From positions 1-64,000 of the forward strand of contig JBJEGD010000026.1 in assembly GCA_051874735.1 (NCBI GenBank): a DNA stretch of 64,000 nucleotides, read 5' to 3'. Origin of the DNA: Candidatus Bruticola sp. GTDB taxonomy: Bacteria; Vulcanimicrobiota; Xenobia; Xenobiales; Xenobiaceae. The notes beneath the pieces are model-generated. The model was not told the origin of the DNA. It searched no databases and saw only the letters and a program-made list of their open reading frames with translations. A program made the translations under genes and the position numbers. Below, piece by piece: positions 10,532-20,359 of the stretch (within the stretch, counting starts at the first letter, position 1; every line of letters begins with the position of its first letter).

Positions 10532-10568
10532 ATAGTTCGCCTGATACTTGCAGTTGGGCTGTTTTTTT
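10532..10568 (+). terminator. possible intrinsic terminator after pdp
   Basis: atagttcgcctg/cagttgggctgt stem with several G-U pairs, followed by a T run. Confidence 0.4.
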
Positions 10569-11223
10569 CTTGATAACAATCGAAAGTTAATTTCAACTTT
10601 ATTTTTTAGAGTTGGCTGATTCGGTTGTGTGTCGATTAGTTCAGTTTTCCTCAATAATATCAAGGTGATTTGCTGCGCTTTTTAGTATTGAGCTGTCGTG
10701 TAATTATTTTTAATAAAAATTATTTATAGGTTGATAGTAAGCAATATGCTGCAAATTTAGGCAGTATTTTTAAGCAATTCATTCAAAAGGCACAGAGCTA
10801 GTGATGTGTTTTGCTCTTAATTTAACCGAACAAACGTATTAAAGTATTATTTGCGGCTATGTGTTTTAAGGCGGAGTGGATATACCTTACTGAGGTAAAA
10901 ATATAAAGCTTTTTTGTAAGGACGGCCTGTAGTTTTTTATAAATTATTTATTATTTTGTAGCAGCGATTCGCTGTGGTTTGGTTGGGTCTGCTTTTTTTA
11001 GGATTACTAGCTTTGTCTGTTCTTATTTCCAGAGCTCAACAGACATAGCCGATTTTTTCTATATTTAAGCGTCTTTTTCACCGTAGAGCTTGCCTTGTTT
11101 AAGGGTTGCGTGCTCCGGTTTGAATTCTATAGACGTCATTTTTTACAGCATCGGGCCAACTTAGCGATCTGAAAGGCTGCGATTTATGGAAGAGTATTCT
11201 TTGGAGGTTTTTTAAATAATTAT

Positions 11224-14136
11224 ATGATGCTTCGCAATATGCAGGGAGCTAAAGATATCTTAGCTTCAGAAGCTGCACCGTGGCACTTTGTAGAGAATGT
11301 AGCTATAGAATTAGCTGAAATTTATGGCTACAGGGAAGTCCGCACCCCTATTTTTGAGAACATAGAATTATTTGTCAAAGGAATGGGCAGCACGTCCAGC
11401 TTTATTGAGAATGATCTTTGGATAGTGTCTGATAAGCAAAACCATCGTTGGGCTATGCGTGCTGATATGCTTATGCCCATGATTAGAGCTATTAACGATG
11501 CAGATTTGCCAATTTCCAGAAATGGTGAACCCGCTAAGTTTTATTATTTGGCCCCTGTGTTTTCTGCTTCTAAAGGACGCGAGCAGTCCGCTTTACAAAG
11601 CCATCGCTTTGGAGTTGGTGCGATAGGCTCGACTTTACCTAGTCTCGATGTTGAAGCCATGATGATCGCGTATGACTTTTTTAACGCTTTAGGTTTAACC
11701 GATCTCAAAGTTCAACTGAATTCTCTTGGCTGCAAAAAGTGCCGTGCTGAATATCAGCAGGGACTTTATGATTATTTCTCCCGTCGCAGTGATGAACTTT
11801 GTCCCAAGTGTCATCATCGTTACCGCACCCATCCCCTTTGGACTATGGGATGTGAAGAAAAGTGTTGTCGAGAGCTCTCTCAAGTAGCTCCTTCTATTTT
11901 CGGTTATCTCTGCCCCGAATGTCGTGAACATTTTGAGGCAGTACGCACTTATTTGAACGAGCTTAAAGTTTCTTATCGTCTTTCACCTCTTCTAGTTCCA
12001 GATGTTGAGTGCTATAACCGTACTATTTTCCAAATTAGTTGCGGTGATAAGCTGCTCAGTTTCGGAGGCAGATGTGATGAACTCTCTCGCTTGCTAGGTG
12101 GACGTGATATTCCTGCTGTCGATTGCTCTGTCGATTTGGACATGACTTTGAAAGCTGTGCGCGAGGCTAATTTAGTGCCTAATATCGAAAGGCACTCCGA
12201 TGTTTGTTTGGCTGGCAGCAGTCAAGAGGCAGTCGCTCTGCTTTTGCCTGTTTTGTACGCTTTGCGCCGAGCAGGCATTTATGCAGAGTTGGCTTATCCT
12301 AATTCCGGAGAGGGATGTGCTTTAGAAGCTGCTGAAAACTCTAATGCCGGTTTTGTTATTTACCTAGATGATTCTTCGCTGCGCCAGCGTGTAGTTCGGT
12401 TTAGAGAGCTCAATAATTCTTTCCGTGATTCTCATTTAGATGAAGCGTTGCGTCGAATCGGTCGTTATTTTGGCATTGAAGGTTTAGCTGATGAACTTCG
12501 TCCTGTAGAAGTTAGGAAATTCTCTATTTCTCGTCGTCAGCCGGCCAGTATGCGCCAAACTTATGAAATTTTTGAGCCCACTCATCAAAATGAATCGCTT
12601 ACAGCTAAAGATAATAGATCTACTGCTGAAGACAATGGAGTACGAAAAGTAGAACGCGATTCAAATCGAGGCAACGGAAGCCGAGAAAAGTCTGCTGCTC
12701 AATCGGATTTCAATGATGAGGAACAGTATTTAATTGATGACAGCAATGTCGCTGATATTCAGGCCCATTGTCAGTCAATGACACCCCAGGAACGAGCTGA
12801 ATTTGAGATGACCCCTCTGCATAGTGGTGGCGCTCATCACAGTGTGCGTTCTCGACGCAGCCGCAATAAATCTGCCGCTGGAGAGAAATTAGCTATACCG
12901 GCCCAGGAAAAAGTTCGCGCACGAATTATGGCTATAACTTCTGCTGTAGAAGATGTACTCGGTGAACCTGAGGGGGTGGAGGAAAGTAAAACGGCCGACA
13001 ATTCCGGAGAGTTTGAAGCTGATTCTGCAGCTGAGGCTGAAGTTACTGTTCCTGTTACGCGCCGCCGTCGTCGCAGACGTACTGAAGCTTTATCTAATGT
13101 TGAAGAATCTGCTCTAAAAGTAAAGGCAGGCGACAAAAAGTCTCGTTTGAGCAGTTGCAAGCGCCTTGTCGATTCAGAGTATTGTGAAACTGCTAAAGCA
13201 GAAAATAATGAGGCCTTTACTGAGGTGTGTGCTATTCCTGAGGTAGATGCTATTGCTGAGATTTCTGCTTCAGATAAAGCGATGAGTGATGAACAGATTG
13301 AGCAGGCTTTGGCTCTTCCCAAAATTGAGGGAGAGAAAAGTTTTGTTGAGGTAGATGAACCTGTAGTCAGTTCTGTTTATGTGCGTCGCTTCTGCAATGG
13401 CAGCCACGCTTCTGAACTGGAAGAAGACGATATAGAAGCAGCTCGTCTTAGCTATGATCGAGCTTTAACCGTTTCTTCTCGCGGTCGACGTGAAGATTAT
13501 GGACAGCGCAGATCTAGCAGTCGAGATACCGACATAGATGTAGCTTCTTCAAAAGAAAATGTTTCTGCCACCGATCCAGAAGAGGTAATGGTGAATAAGT
13601 CAGATGAGGTAGAAGAGAAGCCTAAGTCTACTATAAGGCGCCGCATGCGTACTCCTGTAAGTTCTTCTCAAGCTACTGCTGCTGCCAACTACGATTATCG
13701 TATGAATAGTGCTTACAGTCAGAGCTCTTACAGTGAAAATGCTAGAAGCGACTATATGAGCCATTATGATGGTACTGATACCTATCAAGACTACATGAAA
13801 TACTATGGTAGAGACGCCGATAATTTAGAGCATTTTGACTATTCTTCTTATAGTTCTTATGCCGGAAATAGTTTAGAGGCCGGGTGCAGCGAGTTAGATG
13901 AAGCTAACAGGTACAGGGTAGATGAGCTTTATTTGGGTGACAACTACTCAGATGTACGGGCTATGGGAACTTCGGACTCATATGGCCGCCGATCTTCGAG
14001 CGGTCGCAGCAGACACGGCTCTTCCTCTTCAGTAGATCCTTATAAAGCAGCTAACTCTGGGTCTGTTTCTGGATATCGCCGTCGTTCTAGCCGCCGATCG
14101 TCTACTAGCCGTTCTAGAAGACGCAACAGTCGTTAA
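11224..14136 (+). CDS. degenerate histidyl-tRNA synthetase paralog fused to a long disordered C-terminal extension
   Basis: The first ~420 aa follow the HisS layout (GAKDIL, YGYREVRTPIFE, LNSLGCKKCR, anticodon-binding domain) but catalytic motifs are altered. The remaining ~550 aa are low-complexity. Confidence 0.8.
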   Translation: MMLRNMQGAKDILASEAAPWHFVENVAIELAEIYGYREVRTPIFENIELFVKGMGSTSSFIENDLWIVSDKQNHRWAMRADMLMPMIRAINDADLPISRNGEPAKFYYLAPVFSASKGREQSALQSHRFGVGAIGSTLPSLDVEAMMIAYDFFNALGLTDLKVQLNSLGCKKCRAEYQQGLYDYFSRRSDELCPKCHHRYRTHPLWTMGCEEKCCRELSQVAPSIFGYLCPECREHFEAVRTYLNELKVSYRLSPLLVPDVECYNRTIFQISCGDKLLSFGGRCDELSRLLGGRDIPAVDCSVDLDMTLKAVREANLVPNIERHSDVCLAGSSQEAVALLLPVLYALRRAGIYAELAYPNSGEGCALEAAENSNAGFVIYLDDSSLRQRVVRFRELNNSFRDSHLDEALRRIGRYFGIEGLADELRPVEVRKFSISRRQPASMRQTYEIFEPTHQNESLTAKDNRSTAEDNGVRKVERDSNRGNGSREKSAAQSDFNDEEQYLIDDSNVADIQAHCQSMTPQERAEFEMTPLHSGGAHHSVRSRRSRNKSAAGEKLAIPAQEKVRARIMAITSAVEDVLGEPEGVEESKTADNSGEFEADSAAEAEVTVPVTRRRRRRRTEALSNVEESALKVKAGDKKSRLSSCKRLVDSEYCETAKAENNEAFTEVCAIPEVDAIAEISASDKAMSDEQIEQALALPKIEGEKSFVEVDEPVVSSVYVRRFCNGSHASELEEDDIEAARLSYDRALTVSSRGRREDYGQRRSSSRDTDIDVASSKENVSATDPEEVMVNKSDEVEEKPKSTIRRRMRTPVSSSQATAAANYDYRMNSAYSQSSYSENARSDYMSHYDGTDTYQDYMKYYGRDADNLEHFDYSSYSSYAGNSLEAGCSELDEANRYRVDELYLGDNYSDVRAMGTSDSYGRRSSSGRSRHGSSSSVDPYKAANSGSVSGYRRRSSRRSSTSRSRRRNSR

Positions 14137-14170
14137 GTAAAATCTGAAAGAATCTCTTGCGTTTTACTTT

Positions 14171-14225
14171 CGCCCCTTACGTGTGCAGGATAATTTGAAA
14201 AGTTATTTTGTACTTACAAGGGGCG
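14171..14225. terminator. long hairpin between convergent genes
   Basis: Outer stem cgcccctt...aaggggcg with inner stem gtgcaggataatt/agttattttgtac. Confidence 0.55.
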
Positions 14226-14263
14226 CAGGATATCCTCGATAAGTAGCGCGAGGGATTCATTTT

Positions 14264-14884
14264 TTATTTTGTGTTTTTTTTGTCGCTCATATCAGCTAGC
14301 CAACGGCAGGCGGCCATCCGACCGTACTTATTTTCGTAAAGTAAAATTTTGTTTAGCATATTTCCCAGAAGAACCATACCGATATTGTTGAGCTTAGCGG
14401 CTTCAGCTTCAAGGTGATTGTCTATTAGAAAATGGTATTCGACCCAACGGGCCATGCCTTCTTTGTATCCTTTAAAATTGCGCAGCATTTCATGTTCAGC
14501 CTGAAAGGCGTGAGTTAACTCATGACAGAGTACTGACTTAAATTTAGTGCGTTCCAGACCGGGGATAATAGTAATCATATGAGTGGAAACTAATCCCATA
14601 TGCTGGCAGCAGTAGTTGCCTATATGGTTAAAATTGGCTGTCATACGCCATTTCCAAGTCCAGGTTTTAGGTTGGCCTAGTTTAATAACTATAGGGTAGG
14701 CTAAACTGATGGAAAATTCTTTTTTTAAGTAATCTTTAACTTCTTGCATAGCCATTTTGGCCTGCACTTCATTATTGATAATTTCTGCTTTTTCAAATTC
14801 AGAGGTTCTAATTTTAAAATCGCTCTGACCTGTGAGCAAAAATTCAATATATCTACCTATGTAATTAAGAATTTTGACAATCAT
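14264..14884 (-). CDS. putative zinc metallopeptidase (DA1-like HExxH)
   Basis: VLCHELTHAFQ followed by EGMARWVEY, a gluzincin-type pattern. Confidence 0.6.
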   Translation of the reverse strand: MIVKILNYIGRYIEFLLTGQSDFKIRTSEFEKAEIINNEVQAKMAMQEVKDYLKKEFSISLAYPIVIKLGQPKTWTWKWRMTANFNHIGNYCCQHMGLVSTHMITIIPGLERTKFKSVLCHELTHAFQAEHEMLRNFKGYKEGMARWVEYHFLIDNHLEAEAAKLNNIGMVLLGNMLNKILLYENKYGRMAACRWLADMSDKKNTK

Positions 14885-15012
14885 TTTTCTCTTATCAGAT
14901 TTTAAGCTAGCTTTTTGAAGGTCTCAACCCCTTCATATAGACAAAAAAGGAAGGAACGTCTAAAAGATTAATAATTTGGTAGACAGTACATTTGTAAAGA
15001 TAAGGGCTGGGA

Positions 15013-16008
15013 ATGGTGGTCATGAACTTAAAAAAAATAGCTGTATCTTTAGTTATAGGACTAAGCAGTGCGCTGAGCACTCTTCCTAGTGAGGCGGAAC
15101 CTATTAATTTGAGTCCGTTTTGTCACAATTGCGCCTGTACTTCTCAAGCTAATTCAGTTTATGATACTGAGCAAAAAGTTAAAAAAGCCGCTGATTTCCT
15201 CAGAAAAAAAATTAATTTCAAACCGGAAATTCTCATTATTTTAGGATCTGGCTTGGGACCTTTGGCTGATATAGCAGAAAACAAAATAGAAATTTCCTAT
15301 AATGATATCCCTGGGTTCGCCGTTTCTACAGTTGAAGGTCATGTTGGATCATTAGTTTTTGGCCAAATTGAAGGCAAAAATGTTGTTATAATGCGCGGCC
15401 GCGTTCACTGTTATGAAGGATATAAAGCCAATCAGGTAGTTCTTCCCGTTTTAACAGCCAAAGCTTTGGGAGTAAAAACTTTAATTGTTAGCAATTCTTC
15501 AGGAGCAATCAGTCAGGGCCATTATTTAGGTGAACTCATACTTATAAAAGATCATATAAACTTTTTAGGTTCCAACCCTATGGTTGGCCCTAACAGCGAG
15601 AAGTTGGGGCCGCGTTTTTTCGATATGAATTCAGCTTATACTGAAAAACTGCGCCGTTTAGCTTTTCAAGAAGCAGAAAAGATGGGAATAAAACTTAAAG
15701 AAGGCGTATACGCCGCCATGCTTGGACCATCTTATGAAACTCCGGCTGAAAGAAAAATGCTTCGTATAATGGGAGCAGATGTTGTTGGTATGTCTACTGT
15801 TCCCGAAGTTATTGCGGCCGTTTACAGTGGCATGCAGGTTCTGGGCTTCTCTTGTGTTACTGATGTTCCGGCTGACATCCCCAAATTAGTAAACAAAGAT
15901 GAATCTGATAGCACCTTTACTAATCATGAAGATGTTTTAAAAACTGCTGAAAAAGCTCAATCTGACTTGGGCAAACTGATTAAGGCTATACTTAAAAATA
16001 TAGATTAA
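15013..16008 (+). CDS. purine-nucleoside phosphorylase paralog with N-terminal signal peptide
   Basis: ILGSGLG, GRVHCYEG, GPSYETPAE, VGMSTVPE and SCVTD motifs. The N-terminus MNLKKIAVSLVIGLSSALSTLPSEA resembles a Sec signal; the start may be 15022. Confidence 0.9.
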   Translation: MVVMNLKKIAVSLVIGLSSALSTLPSEAEPINLSPFCHNCACTSQANSVYDTEQKVKKAADFLRKKINFKPEILIILGSGLGPLADIAENKIEISYNDIPGFAVSTVEGHVGSLVFGQIEGKNVVIMRGRVHCYEGYKANQVVLPVLTAKALGVKTLIVSNSSGAISQGHYLGELILIKDHINFLGSNPMVGPNSEKLGPRFFDMNSAYTEKLRRLAFQEAEKMGIKLKEGVYAAMLGPSYETPAERKMLRIMGADVVGMSTVPEVIAAVYSGMQVLGFSCVTDVPADIPKLVNKDESDSTFTNHEDVLKTAEKAQSDLGKLIKAILKNID

Positions 16009-16035
16009 TAATGAAGATTAAGGTTTGTTTTTGAG

Positions 16036-17778
16036 ATGCTTAAAAATATATGTAAGAGGCATACAGCTGTAGGTCTGATTTTTTTACTTTGTCCCATTTG
16101 GGTTGCCTTATCAATTGGAGTTCCAGTTTCTGCTCAAGATGAAATGAATAATGAGCCTCATCCTGCTCCAACTGCAGCTGTTGACTTGAATAAAAGTAAA
16201 ATTAATTACGTTTCTAAAGCTTGCATTTCTGATGGTTTGCCTAGAGAAGAGGCTGAAAAGCAAGCTTTAGAAATAGCTGAATTAGAAGGTCTTTACTATA
16301 TAGCTAAAAATGCTTTAAGTTCCAAAGATAATGGAAGCAGTATTAATTGGGATTTGCAGGCCGGCGGTTGCCAGCATTTAAATTGGCTAGCCAGAACTAA
16401 ATTTAATCGTCAATCAGCTAAAGAAGGCAGTGTTTCTGTTAAGCTTGTTGATGAATCGTGGTTAAGCTACAAATCGCAAGCTTATAAGACTCAGCGTTTG
16501 CTTTACAAAAAAGATATAGACAAAGATGGAATTGAAGAGCGCATTTATTTAGATGCCAACTCCGGATTAGAAATTAAACGAGGTAAGCGGGTTATAGGGG
16601 CTCTGTATCCTTTGAGCTCCTTTCATGCTTCCAGTATAGATCAGCAAACTTGTTCATCCTTAGAATTGCCTTCGCCGAATTTAATATCTTATATTTCTAT
16701 AAACTCTGTTAAAGATGCAGTTTTACAAGGAGATATGCTGTCTCTTGAAGTTATACTAGACGTAAGAGAGTCCACTTACGGTATCGCTTCTTCTCGACGT
16801 TTAGTTAATAAAACTTTCCAAATACAAATAGCTAAAGATGAACGTTCTCCTTTTGTCAACATTATTGAGCCTATCGGTAATAGAATAAATTCTTTGAAGC
16901 AGGCGCCCTTTCGAGGAATTATCGATGCTCCAGCTGGCATCTTGAATGCTGCACTTACACTGAATGGTGAAAAGCTTTGGAGTACTCCCTTGGGCTTAAA
17001 AGTTTCCAATTTAGAAATTGACCTCTGCTTGGACTTGAAAGCTGGAGCGAATAAAATTGAAATAGACATTGCCGATTTGGAAGGACGCAAACTGCATAAA
17101 GCTGTTGAACTTTATGCGATGGCAGCTGGTCAGGGGACTAAAACTAGGACTTTAATTGTCGGCCCTAATTACGGACTTAACACGGTTAATAGTCAGAAAG
17201 CTATGCAGGTGCGCCAAGCTTTTGTCGATCGCGGTTTTAGTGTTAAAACTTTACCAGGAGCTGAGGCCAAGGCTGTAAATATCAAAAAATATTTAGATAA
17301 TATGAAAGAAGCTAGTACTTCTTCCGATTTGTTAGTGCTTTATCTCATAGGCGATATCTCTTTTGATAAAGGAGAAGCTGCTTTCACTTCGGCAGATGAA
17401 GGCAGCGAAGCTTTTTCAATTACTTATAGCTACCTTAGTCAGTACTATAAATCGTTGTTTGGTTCTCGCTTTTTGCTTATCTGGGATGCCGAATCTGCTA
17501 ATAAAGAGCAAATACCGAACAGCAGCAAAAATAATGCTATATTTTATCGCCAGTTAGAAAACAGTTTGTGCGCTGCTCTAATCTGCTATCCATCGGGCGG
17601 CACAGGAGAGGCAGCTAACGGCTTTACTAGCTTGTTTTTAGATAACTTGAATAAAAATAAGGATAATGATATCTTCCAGGCCGTTGAACTGACTTACCCT
17701 ATTCTTTGTGCCAAGGAATTCAAACAGGCTAAAGAAGAGAAGCGCGCTTTGCGTTTGCCTCTCTTCCTGTCTTTTTAA
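16036..17778 (+). CDS. exported protein with C-terminal degenerate caspase-like (peptidase C14) domain
   Basis: Hydrophobic signal ending VSA-Q and an Ig-like middle segment. TLIVGPNY, VLYLIGDI, LLIWDAES and NGFTSLFL align with the metacaspase fold pattern. Confidence 0.55.
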   Translation: MLKNICKRHTAVGLIFLLCPIWVALSIGVPVSAQDEMNNEPHPAPTAAVDLNKSKINYVSKACISDGLPREEAEKQALEIAELEGLYYIAKNALSSKDNGSSINWDLQAGGCQHLNWLARTKFNRQSAKEGSVSVKLVDESWLSYKSQAYKTQRLLYKKDIDKDGIEERIYLDANSGLEIKRGKRVIGALYPLSSFHASSIDQQTCSSLELPSPNLISYISINSVKDAVLQGDMLSLEVILDVRESTYGIASSRRLVNKTFQIQIAKDERSPFVNIIEPIGNRINSLKQAPFRGIIDAPAGILNAALTLNGEKLWSTPLGLKVSNLEIDLCLDLKAGANKIEIDIADLEGRKLHKAVELYAMAAGQGTKTRTLIVGPNYGLNTVNSQKAMQVRQAFVDRGFSVKTLPGAEAKAVNIKKYLDNMKEASTSSDLLVLYLIGDISFDKGEAAFTSADEGSEAFSITYSYLSQYYKSLFGSRFLLIWDAESANKEQIPNSSKNNAIFYRQLENSLCAALICYPSGGTGEAANGFTSLFLDNLNKNKDNDIFQAVELTYPILCAKEFKQAKEEKRALRLPLFLSF

Positions 17779-17879
17779 TTAACCCAACTAACTTCCAGCT
17801 TTGTAACTAATTAGTTGTCCAAAATAAGCTTGTTTCTCTAAGATAGACAATTTTATGCGTACATAGCAAAATTGGGCTC

Positions 17880-18767
17880 TTAAGGAACAAAAGAAGACGC
17901 TCCTAAGGGGGCAGCTAAAATTAATTTAACTATCTGCTGGGCAGCCGCCAGTCCGAAGGCACCGGTAACAAAGCTGGAAGTACCGCAGGGGGGAGCATGT
18001 CTGCCTTTGCCTGAAATATAATTTTCTATATCCTCATAAATGTCGTCATCTTCATAGTTAACTACATTATTTTCTTCGATAGTGTTTGCTTGCAAATAAA
18101 CTGGCCCCAGAATTTGCTCTAGATTTTCTTCCTGAGGTTTTATAGGAAGTTCTTCTGAGTAAACAGCTGGTATATGGAAAGATTTATTGGCAGGAAAGGC
18201 ATAGTCACGGCGCAGTTTTTTGCGTATGCGCAGAGCCATAGGATCTACTTTAGTATTACTCAAATCGCACACTTTGATAAGCGTAGGATCGAGTTTGCTT
18301 CCAGCTCCAGTAGAAGTAACAACTGCAATTTTGTGTGCTCTAGCGTAGTTCAGCAAATGACACTTATAAGTGATATTGTCTATGCAATCTAAAACCAGAT
18401 CTGGCCTTAGATTCCAAAATTTTTCGGCTGTTGAAGGAGAATAAACTATATTCAACGTTTCGATATGGGACCACGGATTTATTTGTCTGAGACGATCGGC
18501 CATAACTTCAGTTTTGCGCTGACCTATAGTAGATTGTAGACACGGAAGCTGACGATTTATATTAGTAGGATTAATTAGATCGAAATCTACTAAGGTTATT
18601 CTGCCTACAGCGCTGCGGGCTAAAGCTTCAGAAGCCCAAGAGCCGACTCCGCCTATTCCTACTACAGCAACATGGACACTTTCTAGCTTGCGAAATCCTT
18701 CTAAACCAATCAAACGGATTAGCCGTTCAAAAAAATGTATCTTCGAGATATTGAGATTATTGCTCAT
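17880..18767 (-). CDS. tcdA: tRNA threonylcarbamoyladenosine dehydratase (ThiF family)
   Basis: VGIGGVGSW, DFDLINPTNINRQ, DCID, GAGSKLDPT, DPMA and VYSEE motifs. Confidence 0.9.
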   Translation of the reverse strand: MSNNLNISKIHFFERLIRLIGLEGFRKLESVHVAVVGIGGVGSWASEALARSAVGRITLVDFDLINPTNINRQLPCLQSTIGQRKTEVMADRLRQINPWSHIETLNIVYSPSTAEKFWNLRPDLVLDCIDNITYKCHLLNYARAHKIAVVTSTGAGSKLDPTLIKVCDLSNTKVDPMALRIRKKLRRDYAFPANKSFHIPAVYSEELPIKPQEENLEQILGPVYLQANTIEENNVVNYEDDDIYEDIENYISGKGRHAPPCGTSSFVTGAFGLAAAQQIVKLILAAPLGASSFVP

Positions 18768-20064
18768 TGCAAATGCTGTTTTCTATTTTATTTTCTAAAG
18801 TCAGCGGACGACGCCCTAAGTAGAAGCGAGGTATATGCATAGGCAGATTAGTTAGAACTTCATAGCATATAGTGCCGCGTTTTTGAGCAATTTCTTCAGC
18901 TGATATACTGTTGCAACCCTGACTGCCTATAATAACCGCTTCGTCATCGGGGCGGACCCCAGGAATATCAGTAACATCGACCATACATAAATTCATGCAG
19001 ATTCTTCCTATTATAGGAGCACGATATCCTCTAATAAGCACTTCTCCACAATTACTCAAGGAGCGGCTAAGGCCGTCAGCATAGCCTATAGGCAGAATAG
19101 CTATATTTGTAGTACGGTGGCAAGTGAAAGTACAGCCGTATCCTATACAGTTTCCAGCTTCAGCTGTCTTCACTTGAGAGACGACGGCTTTATAAGTTAG
19201 AGCTGGTTTGAGGAGATCTGCAGCGCAGTTGTTTTTAAACTGATCTGTGCCAAATTTATCTAAGGTTTTGTCGCCGTTTACCTGCTGTGATGATAAATTA
19301 TAGAGCTCTTTGCCTTTACCAGCCATTATTAAAGACGTCTCTTTAGAAGGCCATAAACCGTAAAGTGCTATACCTGGGCGGACTAATTCTAAGCAAGTTT
19401 TAGGAAGCAGTAGTGTGCCAGCTGAAGCGGCAATATGGTGATAGGGTATTTTTATACCGATTTCTTCTATCTTTTTTATACAGTCAGTAAATTTGGCAAA
19501 TTGAGTTTGAGTATAGGTTTGATCTAGTTGATCTGCTGCGGCAAAATGGGAATAGATGCCTTCTATTTCCGTGTTAGGTAGTTTTGCTACTTGGGCGCAG
19601 AAAGAGAGCAGCTCCTTAGGCTGAACAGAAAGACGTCCCATGCCTGTGTCAACTTTGAGGTGCATCTTAGCATTTTTGCCTAACTTTACCGCCGTGTCTG
19701 AGAAGGCTTTCGCGAATTCGAGATCCATAATAGGCGGACGTAAGTCTAATTTTATAGCTTCTTCAATTTGAGTAGGCAAAATAGGGGCAACTAAAACTAT
19801 GGGTTTGGTTATACCAAGCCGCCGTAGACGTCTTCCTTCGTCTATATTGGCTATGCCGAAGCCCCAAACTCCCTCTTCGTTTAAAGTTAAAGCCACGGTT
19901 TCTAGACCGTGTCCGTAGGCTTCGCTTTTAACGATAGCTAAAATCTCCGAGTTAGGAGCACTTTGGCGCAAATTGCGATAGTTATGGCGTATGGCGTCTA
20001 AATTTACTTCAATCCAGAAGCTGTAGCGATGAGAACTGAACACTGCATTAAATGACCTTATCAT
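18757..20064 (-). CDS. alr: alanine racemase
   Basis: AIVKSEAYGHG (PLP lysine), HLKVDTGMGRL, IGYG, PIGYADG and GRICMN motifs. Confidence 0.95.
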   Translation of the reverse strand: MIRSFNAVFSSHRYSFWIEVNLDAIRHNYRNLRQSAPNSEILAIVKSEAYGHGLETVALTLNEEGVWGFGIANIDEGRRLRRLGITKPIVLVAPILPTQIEEAIKLDLRPPIMDLEFAKAFSDTAVKLGKNAKMHLKVDTGMGRLSVQPKELLSFCAQVAKLPNTEIEGIYSHFAAADQLDQTYTQTQFAKFTDCIKKIEEIGIKIPYHHIAASAGTLLLPKTCLELVRPGIALYGLWPSKETSLIMAGKGKELYNLSSQQVNGDKTLDKFGTDQFKNNCAADLLKPALTYKAVVSQVKTAEAGNCIGYGCTFTCHRTTNIAILPIGYADGLSRSLSNCGEVLIRGYRAPIIGRICMNLCMVDVTDIPGVRPDDEAVIIGSQGCNSISAEEIAQKRGTICYEVLTNLPMHIPRFYLGRRPLTLENKIENSICNEQ

Positions 20065-20359
20065 TTAAGTTTTATCGCCCATTATAGTCACTTTTTATTG
20101 TTGGTGGCAAATTTATTAACTTTTTCATTTAATAATCTGGGTGATAAAAAAACTTCCATTAAGGACTAAGGAAATTAAGTTATAACCATAGCAAAAAGTT
20201 TTAAACAGCAGTTTGATTCGAGCGCAGTAGGTACTAGGCTTTAAGCAGGATAAAAAGAACGAGAGGGGAAAAATCGGGTTCCAAAGTTTGAAAATGCGGA
20301 CGCCGCGCGGGGAAGCGTAAACGTTTTTTATTTAGTCCGCATTTTGCATAGGAGTCTCA

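Noticed and set aside
10400-10663. 87-aa minus-strand ORF after pdp
   Set aside because: Non-ATG start, no recognisable motif, and it overlaps the pdp end and a terminator-like hairpin.
10423-11223. T-box leader expected before a hisS-like gene
   Set aside because: No GGTGGNACCRCG T-box consensus was found.
11224-12500. Calling this gene functional hisS or hisZ
   Set aside because: ATP- and histidine-binding residues are lost, so it is not a functional HisS. It keeps the anticodon domain and no his operon is nearby, which is atypical for HisZ.
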